Positions 1 through 13,000 of a DNA stretch of 64,000 nt are shown here, one piece after another. The notes below the pieces were generated by a model that saw nothing but the letters and a program-made list of their open reading frames with translations, was not told the origin of the DNA and ran no database searches. The DNA is from Cycas panzhihuaensis. Lineage: Eukaryota; Plantae; Cycadophyta. The DNA is taken from the NCBI GenBank assembly GCA_023213395.1, contig CM041465.1:245465741-245529740 (forward strand), written 5' to 3'. Each line of letters begins with the position of its first letter. The first letter of the stretch is position 1. The position numbers were made by a program, and so were the translations under genes.

Positions 1-3000
1 GCGACTATTATTTCTTATGCAGGTTAGTTTTTTAACAAGCACTTGCTGAGAAGTTCATAGATTTTGATAAGACCTTTGATACCAACTTTGCAACCTCTGA
101 CTCTCTTCGAAATGCAGCCTTGCATTGGAAGAAGAAGAGGTCTATTACACAAAGAATCAAGGTCCCTCTCATGGCAGAGGAAACAATCGAGCAAGAGGAA
201 GAGGAAGAAACAAGGGAAATTGCCCACAAGGTCAACCAAACCTTGAGTCACAACCTCAACAGTCTCAAGGCCATGGCCACCTCAGCAAAAAACAAGATAG
301 TTAGGCCAAACTAGTACCTCTTCAGGGACTGACAATCAAACCATTATGTGTGAGTGGTGTAACTGTAAAGTACACTTTGCAAAATACTACAAAACTGCCA
401 CTTATAAGTTGGCCAAGTTCCAACCGAAGCATATGGCTCACAATGTTGAAGAAACTTGTGAAGAATCATTTGGTGGTCTAGGTTCCGCACAAGCTCACTT
501 TCAAAGAATTGAGAGATCTTCAACATCAAACGTCATTGACCAATCATAGAGATACTTTGAAGTTTGATGTTGATATGTCACTTATGAATTCCCTTCACCA
601 ATGCCAACCCCTCTTGGAATTCCAAATAGCATTGCTTCAATCGATAGACAGTGGATCATGAACACAGGAACAACTCAACATATGACATACAATCGCAGTC
701 TATATCAAACATTTGACTCAAATGTTCCAAACGTTGTTTACATGGCTGATAAATCACAACAACGTGTTAAAGGAATTGGTAACATTCGCTTGAAACTCCA
801 AGGGTTAAGAGATTTCACATTGTTTGATGTCCTCTATATACCCAATCTCAGACAAAACCTACTCTCCTTATCCACACTCATATCCCGTGGATTTAATTTG
901 AGTGTAACTGCAAATGACCAGACTCTCCATGTCATTCACCCTCCAACTAATCGAGTCGTCTTAATTAGAGATCTCACTAGCAAACTCTTTCAATTGAATG
1001 ACTCTCCATCTTTTGAAGCCCATTGTGCCCAGAGCCCTTGTGCTGATTAAGAATTCGCATTTAATACCACCCTAACCCACCCAAAGTTGTCACACAAAGC
1101 TCTTTGGCATGTTCACATGGGCCATGTTCACATTAATCGACTTAGAGATCTTTGTAACACTCTTCCAGGTCTTCCAAAGTTCTCCTCCAAGTCCTTCATA
1201 TGTGAAGCTTGTATCATTGCCAAATCTCATCGACAACCATTTCCCAAAGGTCAGTGGAAATCGAGCCATCCATTGCAATTAGTACACTCTGATCTATGCG
1301 GACCAATGCCCATTCCATCACTGAAGGGCAAGTTATATTACATCTCCTTCATTGAGGATTTCACCAAGAAAGTATGGGTAGCTTTTCTGGTCAAGAAAGA
1401 TGAAGTCTTAAGTGTCTTCAAAGAATTCAAAGCTCGCACTGAAAAAGAGTTAGACTATCAATTCAAATGTCTTCAAACTGATAATGGTGGCAAATATACC
1501 TCGCATGAGTTGGAAAGCTACTTTTGAGACAATGGCATCATACATCAAACAATAGTAGTAGGTACCCCACAATAAAATGGAGTTGTTGAACGCATGAATA
1601 GAACAATCATGAACATGGCTCGAGCTATGTTGGTATACAAAAATGTACATGCCTATCTATGGGTGGAAGCCATCTGGACAATTGTTTACTGCATCAATGC
1701 TGTTAGCCCATCAAAGCAAGGACAATCACCTAATGAAAAGTGGTTAGGATAGGTCCCCACTGTTCACTACTTCAAAGGTTTTTGCTCTACATGCTATGCC
1801 CACATTCCAGATCTAGATCGAAATAAACTCCAGCCAAGGGCACTTAAATGCATCTTTGTCGAATACCTTATGGACAAGAAAGGGTGCAAGGTCATTATAC
1901 TTTCACCACGAAAAATTGTCGTTACCATAGATGTTTTTGCAAATACAGAGGATCAATTGTTTAGACTGGACTCCAAAACACCTTCACACTGCTACAATGA
2001 TGCTACTAAGTATGATGTTCATATTCCAAAATTTGTGGGGGGAGACACATAAATTACTCAAAATATTAGACGCTGACAACAAAGCCCCGAAGGATTTAAG
2101 TTGTGACTCTGAACCGATGAGTGCACATCTAGCACAGTCCTTTGAGAACATCAGAGTTGCCAAAGGCAAAAGCACTATAGAAGAATCATCCTCTCCACCT
2201 TCAGTTGACAAATGCAAAACAATGGTAGAAGGACCATCTTCCTAAGGCGCGTCAATATCCTCCACACCAAATGATCTTTTTAAGGAATAAGATCAGAACC
2301 AAGTGGTTAAGGAAATGAGGACCTCATTCCTAACTCGAAGATCTAGTGAAGCCTTCCAACTCAATAAGGACATACAACTAGATGAGGTGGGCAAAATAGG
2401 CACTTGAAGTCCCCATAGAGCCAAGATGTAGGAATAATTTTTCGCTGAGCTGGAAGCATCAGAACTGCATCTTGCTCTCAACGAAGAGCCCCTCTTGTAC
2501 CAAGAAGTTGTAAAACATACAGTTTGGAAGAATGCTCTAAATGAAGAGTATCAATCTCTTATTAAGAACAATACATGGGAGCTCGTCAATCCACCACTTG
2601 GTAGAAAGGTAGTTGAAAACAAATGGGTGTTAAAAAACAAATACAGATCAGGCGACACCCTAGATAAACACAAGGCGAGGCTGGTAGCTAAAGGATTTAC
2701 GCGAAAGGAAGGTATCAACTATACTAAAGTCTTTGCACCTACAGCCAAGTGGCCCACAATTAGAACTCTTATGGCCTTGGCTACTCAACAAGATTGGAAA
2801 ATCCACTAGCTCGACATTAAGACCACATTTCTCAATAGAGATCTTAAAGAAGAAATCTACATGGCTCAATTAGAAGGATATAAGATAACAAAGCATAAGG
2901 TTTGTAGGCTCAAAAAGTCTTTGTATGGCCTGAAACAAACCCCTTGTGCTTGGTTCACCAAGTTGTCTGAAAGGATGAAACAACTTGGATACGAGATTTG

Positions 3001-4806
3001 TGATTATCAAGATATTGATGCAACATTGTTTATCAAGCGTCAAAAGGATAAAGTCACTTATTTCATAATCTTTGTAGACGACATGCTAGTAACACGTAAC
3101 AATGAACAGGCAATAAGCCAGTTGAAAAAAGACCTTGGTAAAACGTTTGAATTGTTTGGCCTTGGATTGATGAAATATTACTTGGAAATTGAAGTAAACA
3201 CAAAAGAATAGAAAAAATTTTCTCTCCTAAGAAAAATACATCAACGATCTTCTGACTAAGTTTTAGTTAGAAGATGCTAATAGCTACACCTATGGAACCT
3301 AATGTTAAACTCTGTGCTAATGGTGACACTAGGGAGGCAGACACAACACTCTATAGGCAACTTATAGGTAGTCTCATCTATACGACCAACACAAGGTTAG
3401 ATATTGCACATTTTGTTGGCATTTTTGCACGTTTCATAACAAACCCGAAACAGAATCACTGGCAGACTGCAGTTTGAGTGTTAAGATACCTAAAGATGAC
3501 TATCAAATTTGGTCTATTGTATGGACATAATAATGAGTTTAAGCTTTTTACATACACAGACTCAGACTTGTAGGAGATAAAGACATAAGAAGATCCACGT
3601 CTGGGTATGTAACGCTTTTTGGAACAACACCAGTATCACAGATATTCAAACGACAGAAGATAGTTGCTGATTTAACTGCCAAAGCTGAATACATTGCTGC
3701 TTCTAAGACCAGCAAGGAGGTGATATGGCTTAGAAAATTATTGGAAACATTGTACATCACCCAAACAAGTCCTATTGGCCTTTGTGTAGATAATCAATCA
3801 GTAATTCACGTGGTGGAAAATTTTGTATTTCATAATCGTACCAAACACATAAGTATTAAAATCCACATGATTCGAGAACTAGTTCATGACGGCACAATTC
3901 AACTGGAGTATTACTCCACAGTAGATCAAGTGGCTGATATCTTCACCAAATCACTGTAAAAGGTGAAGTTTGAACTATTCTAAAGGCAACTCAGCCTTAG
4001 GGTCTCCATCTCGACTGATCAAAGCAGATGACAATAGGATCATCATACCCTATTCCATTCGTGAAAACACCTTGTGGGCACAGAAGAATAAGAGTAAGTC
4101 TCTACTCTATCTTATTTGTGAAAACCCCATGTGGGCACAGAAGGACAAGGGTTGTACTAGTTTTGGAAAATCAGAACCTTTGAAAACCTGAAAGGGCATG
4201 GGGGATGACCAAACGGTATAGAGAGATTCAGTAGATCACAGTTGCAAAACTCATTGTACTGATTGACTATCTGGCTATATTCAAAAAGCTGCTTGATCCA
4301 GAGTCATTGGCTTAGATAAGTTCGTGGGTTTTCTTCCCCATGAGGGTTTCCCACAAAAGTGTCCAAGTAGATATTTTAATGTAATAAGAGGCTCAAATGC
4401 AGACCTCATAGAATAGATTAGTTTACCTCAAAATGACCTTCCATAATTAAGGGGGGGTGATTGAAAGAGGTTAATGTATCAAGGTCATTTGTGTAGATTA
4501 ATAAAGTGACCTTAGGATATAGTATTAGTGTTAGTCACTTAGTGAAATGCACTTTATGTGCATTTGAATGTAATTTTGGGTTCATGTCATTAGGCGGGAA
4601 AATCCTAACCCTAATACACACTCTCAATAATAAAAGATGAAATCTAATGGAGGGAGTGAATTATTCATTCTCACCTCCAAACTTTGCTCTTATCTCTTGT
4701 TCTGATCTCTTCTTCATTCTTCATTGCCATTGTGTGCATGTGAGTGACTTAATCCTAGATCCATCCTTCCTTTAAGTTTGTTTATGTGTGTACCTTGTTT
4801 TCAATT
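1..4806 (+). mobile_element. Decayed Ty1/Copia retrotransposon A (5' part outside window): gag end, protease, integrase, RT, RNase H, 3' UTR, PPT, 3' LTR
   Basis: ORF fragments in Copia order: WIMNTGTTQHMT protease (601), LVHSDLCGPM / TDNGGKY integrase (1087), KARLVAKGF and FVDDML RT (2495-3211), HNRTKHI...QVADIFTKSL RNase H (3720-3959). PPT aaggggggg at 4449-4457. Many stops and frameshifts. Confidence 0.92.
4458..4806 (+). repeat. 3' LTR of Copia A (right end approximate)
   Basis: Starts TGATTGAAAG directly after the PPT and ends near ...TTTTCAAT, an imperfect inverted match to the start. Confidence 0.6.
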
Positions 4807-7800
4807 TGTTTCTTTAAGTAAGAGATGGAAAAGACAATGGTATTCACTTTTGTTCGATAATTTGAAGGCACAACCCACTTCACTCACTCACATTTTAATG
4901 TGGTATGCCTACGAAAATTTGTGCTAGTTTTTCCTTCCTAGATTCCTTCATCTTGGCTTATTTACATGGTTGTATCCCTATGTAGATCTAATTGCCTACT
5001 TTCATGTTGTTTTGTGCAATGTGCAAGTTCTCTTTTAGTAGTTATAGTGTCCTTGGTTTGTTGTAAGTGATGTCTTATTGTTGGTGCCTTGCTTTCTTAA
5101 TAAAAAAAGCACTATAAATGGTGGTTCATATCCATAAAAGGATAGTAAATGGGGACATTTTAGTAGATGTGTGGTGTGTTGTGTTATACCACCATCCTCT
5201 AAGTTGCACTTATTTATGCTATTGACTTTGCCTAACTTGAAGTTATGTAGCTATTTGTTTGAACATTTGTTTATAGCTTCAGTTTGAGCATTTATCTATG
5301 GATGACAAAGTATACTCATGATGACTTTGGTTCTTACTCGGTGAAAATTTTCTTTTTAGAAATTATTTATAAATTTAGGGTCTTGATTCACATTGTCTTT
5401 TCAGAACTTGGCCAAATATTGCATTTCTTTGATAAAAACTTCAGCCACTTGGTTGGCTTTGTAGTTGCTTTGGTTTTGTTTAAAGTGGATATACTTTGTT
5501 AATCGATCTCTTGCAACGAATATAGTTATTCCCATTTAATTTTCGAAACCTTGTAATAAAATCTGTGAAGATTTTCTTTTCCTTCTCTTCTAGTATGGGG
5601 AGTGGGTGGGGGAGTCTTGGGATTTTATTTTTTGGCTTTTATGTCTTTTGGCAATCTTCACATTCAGCTATATAGTTTATAATATCTTTCCTTATTTCCT
5701 TTTAGTGAGAGGACTTCTGAACATTATGGTATGTCTTTAGGAGCCTTATGTGTCTTATTGTAGGGATTGAAGGACCTTTTTGTAAGATCTTCTCTTTGAA
5801 TTTTGATGATGAAGTTTAGGTATGTTATTCCCTTGTAACGCAAGATATTCTTCTTCCATTCAAACTTGTTGTCTTGTAAGTTTTGATTTTGTCGTAAATT
5901 TTGGATGAGCTTTTGTGTGCATTAACCCATTATGGATTCCTCTTGAACTTCTAATATCCACGAGGAAATTGCTATGGATACTACGCATAAATTCACTTCA
6001 TCCTTTTGTGATTCCTAATCGATGACACTATTTTCCTTGCATTTAAGGCTTCAGGTTCGCTTACCATTTTTATTATTCTTGGGTTTGGGGTGACTGATTG
6101 AGGAAGTAATTTAAATTGCGATGATTAATTTGACTATGAACTTGCTTCTGAGTAGGTGTTGTTACCATTTATTAATTGCATGTATGATGATAAGTTTTTT
6201 TTTCTGGGGCATGTGTGGGTTGAGTTATTCCCATTTATTTAATTTTTGGATCTCATATGATATTTGCGTTTCTTCTTGCATGAGCACCACACTAGCGACT
6301 GTCTCTGACACTTCACATTCTAACTAAAGCGTCACATTCTAACTAAAATGTTTGGTGAAGTTTAGGGTAGCTTGGAATGGGGCGGTAGACATGATTGTCT
6401 TCATTCTTGAGAAAGGTTGTTTTGATGTTTGGAGTCCATGCAAATGAGTCTCTTTTAGAGGAGATTCATCAATGTGTATGTTTTATGGGCATAACCCTTT
6501 ATGAACTTATAGTAGTATGTAATGGATCCTAGGGTCTCTTGCTTGGAATGTTGTTTGTTCATTAGTAAGACCAAAAGGCATTACTTTGAATTCGTAATGG
6601 CCCTCGTTATCTTGAATGTTGTCTTAGGTGTGTTTTATGATTGAATACTGATAAGTGAATTGGATAACGTAAAATAATTGCTAATTGGGTGTGTCATAAT
6701 TTCTTGTACTTCAAATAATTTGAGTTCTGATTAATACTCTCTCTTAGTCCCTTGATGTGAAGTTCCATCTTTTCCCTTTCTGGAATGTTTTGTTGACAGG
6801 TTGCCAAACTTTGATATTGGTTGATGTATTTGATTGTTGGGTTGTTTTTTTTCATTTTTTAGTTAATTGAAATAATTGTTGGCCCATTTGTTCTCAAATT
6901 GTTTGACGACATTTGAGAAGCATTTGGCATGTTATAGTAGTTGGGATGGATTTATTCACCCATTATTCTTACCACTTGAATGCTATTTGGTCCATGTTTA
7001 TTTCTACATAGTCTATGCATTTATTATTTGGTTGAAGATTGACAATGAGGTACTATTCCAACATCCTTATCCATGTTATGTATTTGATGTTCTAGCCTTG
7101 TTAAATTTTGGTGGATCCATCGTGGGCATTTTCTATGAGGTGGTATTAGTTGTCCTATTCCTTATCTAGGCCCTATACAGTTGTATATTCTTTGTCAAAT
7201 TATAATTTTTGGATTTGTTCCTATTGCATGTCTTGTCCCTTATGGTCCTTAGGGCAGGCCCGATGCATAAAAAGTGTTGGATTAGATTGTAGTGCATGAT
7301 TGGTATATCATTTTGAAGACCACTTCGAAGGGTGCATGTTGGTTTACTAATGGCTTCATTTATTCCCTTTTGGACCTCTCCCATTGTTAATGTTGCTGGT
7401 ATTGCCATTGTTTACCTTAGTTGTGGAGGAAGAGAGTAATGGTATGTCTTGACCTTAGGTGGATTATGCTTTCTCAATGAAGAGGTTTCGTTCAAAAAAT
7501 CTTGGTCCTATTTTCACATATGTAGGAACGTTGTGTTTGATACCACTTGGTGTGAACTTTTGGGGCTAGTGCACTTTTTCTATTAAATTGCCAAACAAGA
7601 ACAAATGAAAGCTATGCTTTATTTGCAAGATACAAGTTAAGAAGGCTAGTGAATTTTTTTTATACACATGGATTAAGTTTAGTAGCAGGTTAATATTAAA
7701 TGATAGTTCTTACACATGCTTCTCAAAAGCTTCTAGCAATCAACATGTATTCTTTTTTAGCTTTTTCGAGGAAAGGATTCTCTAAACAATACAATTCCTC

Positions 7801-7984
7801 TAGAAGACAAAGGCAAGAAAATTATAGCAAAATTGGATTTATAAATGAGTTTTGTCATGCCCTATTTATAGCCATATGCAAATGATCTTCGACTCTTCAC
7901 TTCATTAGGTTCCTCTTCATTTCCTTGACTTTTTATGTTTTCCTTACATATTATTTAAGGAGAAATGAAATGGGGTGTGGAGTT

Positions 7985-9248
7985 TGTTAGAACCTCTATG
8001 TTTTATTGTTAAGCCATGTATTATTTAGGCACTTTATACCTAATGTGTAAAGTGTACACCTTTTCTAGTGTTGTAACCTTAAGTTGTAACTTAAGAGGCT
8101 AAAGCCCCCTTTCCCTGTCTTTAGTCATGCTTGCACAAGTCTATGCATGATTGCCATTTGTCAGTTATGTTGTGACCTTGAGGGGAACTCTCTCATCTAT
8201 GTAAGAGACCATTTTCTCTTGTGATGTATAATGTGAGAGATGAGTGTATTGTTATGTTGTTGAGATTATTCTGAGTTTATTAGAGGGTAGTGTTAAAACC
8301 TTTATGTTTTATTGTTATGTATTATGTAAAGTTACTTTATCACTTAAATGTGACAAAGTACGTAAACACTCTTCTCTAGTGTCTGTAATGTTGTAACTTA
8401 TGGGTCAATGGACCCTTCGCCCTTGTATTTGCATATTTGCACATATGTATGCATGACGGACTAGTGTCCTTTATGCAAGGAGATTGTGTGCATGTTTGAC
8501 ACTTGTCAAATATGCAGCACCCTAAACGGCATCCTCCTCACTTATGTATGGAGACCATTTTCTCATATATGGCAAGAGAGTATGAGATACATTGTTATGC
8601 TGCTATTTTGCATACAAGTCAATCTTGTTGGAGTTAGGATCAATTCCTCCACCTCCATTTACTAGTGTGCTTATGTGATTGCTTATTTAATGTTATTCGT
8701 TGATACTAATCATCTAACTCTTGTCCTTCTTTATCCCTATATGATCTCATTCCCACATTTTGGTATCAGAGCTATTTGATAGGGGACTTGCTTAATGAAT
8801 ATGAAGGTTGGGGAGAGTGTACCAAACCCTTGGTGATGACCTTTGTACTCCGAAGGCGATCTAAGGCAGTTTTTGGTCTAGTTTTAAGCTCTATTTTTTA
8901 TCTTAAGATTTTTATATTTTGGTTTTAAGACTAACAAAGAAAAGAAAAAAATTCTTGTGCTCTGTATTTCTCTTCTTATTGTAGATCTCTAGTTGAGGAG
9001 ATTATGACTCTCAAAGTCTGCTCACCACAGAAAAGAGGGGAAATCCATCTCCCAAAAACTTGCTCACTATTAAAGAAAATAGTTTATGTTCATAAAATCT
9101 GTTCACCAAGAGAAATTGGCTTTGTTTGTAGCTAGAAAGAATTAATAGCTTTGTGTTTACTCTCTTTTTGGTGATACAACTCTGTTGTGACTTCATATAG
9201 TAGTTAACATTGAGCTCAGCCCTCCTCTCTGAGCTATGGCATCTAACA
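7985..9248 (+). repeat. LTR (TGTTAGA...TCTAACA), probably a 3' LTR, interrupted by another LTR element
   Basis: Perfect 7-bp terminal inverted repeat, purine-rich tract immediately upstream, and U3 motifs shared with the LTRs at 8291 and 25950. No TSD pair visible in the window. Confidence 0.55.
8291..8930 (+). mobile_element. Truncated Copia 5' end: LTR 8291-8757, PBS(iMet) 8761-8772, start of leader
   Basis: TGTTAAAACC...CCCACA followed by TGGTATCAGAGC. Leader is homologous to that of element B (9665-9760). Confidence 0.75.
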
Positions 9249-10026
9249 ATGAGCACAATGTCGTAACTTGAGGGTCAATGTATCCCTCATGCATTTTTGC
9301 ACATGGGTCACTGTGTGCATGTTTGACATTGTCAAACATGCAGCCCCCTAAGTTTTCTTCTCCTTCTCTATATATTGAGACCATTTTCTCATGTAGAGCA
9401 TAGAGGGAGAGGTGATGTATTATTATGTTGCTCATTTGAATACAAGCTAATTTTGTTATTTTGAAGTTATGAACAATTCCTTCTCTTCCATTGTTAGTGC
9501 CTTTCTTATGCTCGAGTATTTGCTTGCTTGTTGGCTACTTCATGTAGTGCTATTGATTTGATGTTAAATCATTAGAATCTATTAGTACATTTGCTTTTCA
9601 TGTGATCTTAGGTTGTCATTGTGGTATTAGAGCTTATACCACACTCAACATTTGGTATTAGAGTTGCTTGGAGAGGAGTGTTTGTTGATTTTAGGTTTCG
9701 AGAAAGTGCAATAAACCCTTGGTGATGAACTTTGCTCTTCGAAGGTGATCCAAGGTAGAGTTTGGCTTATTTTTGCACTCTTTTTCATCTCAAAAGTGTT
9801 TTTATAGGCCAAAAATTAATTAATTTAATTTTTGAAATATTTTTCTAAGGTTCAATTTCATATTTATAGCAAGAAAATACAAAGATATCACTGTTTTCTT
9901 CATTTTTCTGTAAGATATCACTATTATTTTGCAAGATCTACTTATAAAATCTTTAGGTTGCTCTCTGTTGCTGGCTTCAAAACCATTGCACTCCACTCTC
10001 CTCAATCAGATCCTGCACTTGAGTGA

Positions 10027-13000
10027 TGTTGAAGTATAATGTTTTATCTAGAAGAGAAAAAAGGGGGTCATGTTAGACCCATCATTAATGTACTCATAAG
10101 ATCATGCCACTTGGTAGTATCTGAGTGATCGGTTACATTAGTGGTTGTAACCATCACGTCACTATTGTGTACTTAAGCAGATTGAATCTCAATAAACAAT
10201 TGTACATTCTTTCCTCTGTTTAGTTCCGCTCTGTATTTTTCAACATGGTATCAGAGCAGGCTGCCCAAACTGATATCTTTTGAAAGGATTCTTCTGTTTG
10301 TCAATGAGTTACGTCAATCAACGTCATTATTTCTCTGTCGTACGGACCTGTACGGACCTGTACAGACGTCATTTTTCAACAGTGTCGGATCGCGACGAAA
10401 TTTTGTGGGGAAGTAGATCGAAGCACGCCGAACACATTTCTCTTCTGGAGCGAAGCAATCTGAGGTCGTTTTCAAGCCCGAATCGAGCCCTAACCAGTCC
10501 GCGTGTTTTTGGAGAAACCAGAGCAAAAATCTCATCGATTTTCTCAAAACTCCGGGTATTTCTGGTCCAAAATCCTTCATACTATAAATACTTTTGATTT
10601 GCATCCAAAATCGAAGATTTATTTTGAGATTTTCCAGCGATTTTCTTCAAAAATCGATTTTCTGCCCTAGCCGCCGTTTTTTCTTCTGGAGCCGTTTTCT
10701 CCTGTTTGAAAAGCCGTTTCGAAAAACTGATTTCAGATCCACGTAGGCGACTTGAAAACCTACATTTTGAGGTATATTTCTGTTTAGGCCGTACACCCAG
10801 GGTTTTAGACGAAATCCGGAACTGCATCGCATTTGATCGCCCTAAATCAGTTTTTTTAACTGAAAAGTCATGTCTTCCTCTCTCATTACTCTGCCTGAAC
10901 CTGAAAAATTGACTGGTTCAAATTACCATGTATGGAAAATCAAAATGGAAACCATTCTGAGGATGAAAGACGTCTGGGAAATTGCTGAAGGAACAGAAAC
11001 ACGTCCTCCTGCTGGTGATGACAAGTTGAGGAGCTGGATTGAAAGGAACAACATGGGTAGTCTCATTTTAAAAATGTCTATTTCAGATTCCGTTCTTATT
11101 TATGTTGAGAAGTTGAACCAGGCTTCTGAAATCTGGAAATGTCTGGAAAATCTATATGGTCAAAAGAACAAGGCGAGGATAATAGCACTCAAAGAAGAGT
11201 TGTACAAACTCCATATGAAAGAAAATGAAGTGGAAGAATTCATGCATAAAATCATCACTGTGAGAAATAATCTTCTGAGTGCTGGAGGCATAATATCTGA
11301 ACAAGATCTTGTAGAAATTGTAATGACAAGAAGGTCGCCAAAATCTTTTGATACCATTGTTAACACTATCAGCGATGTGATAGGTTAGATAAATTAACTC
11401 TTGATGAACTGACAGGTCTGCTATTAAGACAGGAGCAGAGAAACAAAAGATACGAAACCACGACAGAGTTAGAAGATGCATTTGCATCCAGATTGAATCT
11501 CGGGCCAAGAGGAAGACAACAATTTCGTGCACCAAACAGGATGTCAGATTCCAGAGGTCGAGGACGCTGGTCAAACTCCAGAGGATGAGGACGCAGCAGA
11601 GAAAATAGAATATGTTACAACTGTGGACGAACTGGACACTTTGCCAGCAATTGCAGGATCTTCGACATATGCTGCGACTGCGGACAGAGTGGACACTATC
11701 CTTATCAGTGTCCACAAAGACGAAGTGAAATTTACAAAGGAAAAAGACCTATCGGCGGATACAGCAAAGAAAAAGATGATGAAGAAGAAGAAGAGGAGAC
11801 GGCCTTCATCACAGCATTGGTTACAGGAATGAAAGACAAAGACATTTGGTACATAGATTCAGGAGCCTCTAAACACATGACAAGTTGGGAAGATTGGTTT
11901 CAAACCATGAGTCCGTACAATATGGACAAGTCAGTGGAGCTAGGTGACAAATACTCCCTTAACATTAAAGGGATTGGAACCATTTTAGTAAACCTGAATG
12001 GAAATGAAAGAAAAATTGGAAATGTTCTCTTTGTACCAAACCTGAAGATCAATCTCCTTTCAGTCTCCCAATTGAGCAAAAAGGGACTGAGGACCATTTT
12101 CGATGAAGAAGGGAATTGCCACATCTTGGATATGAAAAAAGATGGGAAAACTGTTGGAAAAGGGTCGATGCAATGACCTTTACAAACTTCACAAATCTTG
12201 TACTTCCTTATTTGGAAGAAAAAGCTTGTACTGCTCTTAAATCTGATAATAAAGTATGGCATTTAAGGTATGGACATCTCCCAATTGACACACTTAAACA
12301 AATGGAAAAGTAAGTAATGGTAAATGGTTTACCTAATATCTCTTCAGATACATTTGTTTGTAAAGGTTGTCAACTCGGAAAACAGCATAGATTCCCTTTT
12401 AAAGAAAGCACTTGGAAATCTCAGTCTAAATTAGATCTGATACACACAGATATCTATGGTCCAATTTCACCTCTGTCAATAAATGGATGCAGATACTTCT
12501 TAACTTTCATTGATGACTTCACCCGAAAAGTTTGGGTATATTTCTTACATAATAAGTCTGAAGTCTTTGAAACATTTAAAGAATTTAAGGCAGAAGTTGA
12601 GCTAGAATCAGGAATGAAAATCAAGTGCATCAGGTCAGATGGAGGAGGAGAATATATGTCAAAGGAGTTTCTAAATTACTGCAAATACAGAGGAATTCGT
12701 AGACAAGTTACAACTCCCTATACTCCTCAACAAATGGAGTAATGAAAGAAAGAATAGAACTTTGATGGAAATGGCTCGAAGCATGATGTATGGAACAAAA
12801 ATATCAAAGACATACTAGGCAGAAGCAGTCAGCACAGCATGCTACTTGATAAACAGAAGTCCAACCAGGACATCAAGAACGCGTCACTAGAAGAAGCTTG
12901 GACAGGTCAGAAACCCGATGTAAGTTTTCTCAAGGTTTTTGGCAGTCAAGCATTTGTGCATATTCCTGATAAAAGGAGGTCCAAATTAGATGCAAAAAGC

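Noticed and set aside
4807-7984. Small hydrophobic ORFs (5284, 6121, 6876, 7166) as genes
   Set aside because: T-rich composition artefacts. The region is probably a very old TE remnant that I cannot classify.
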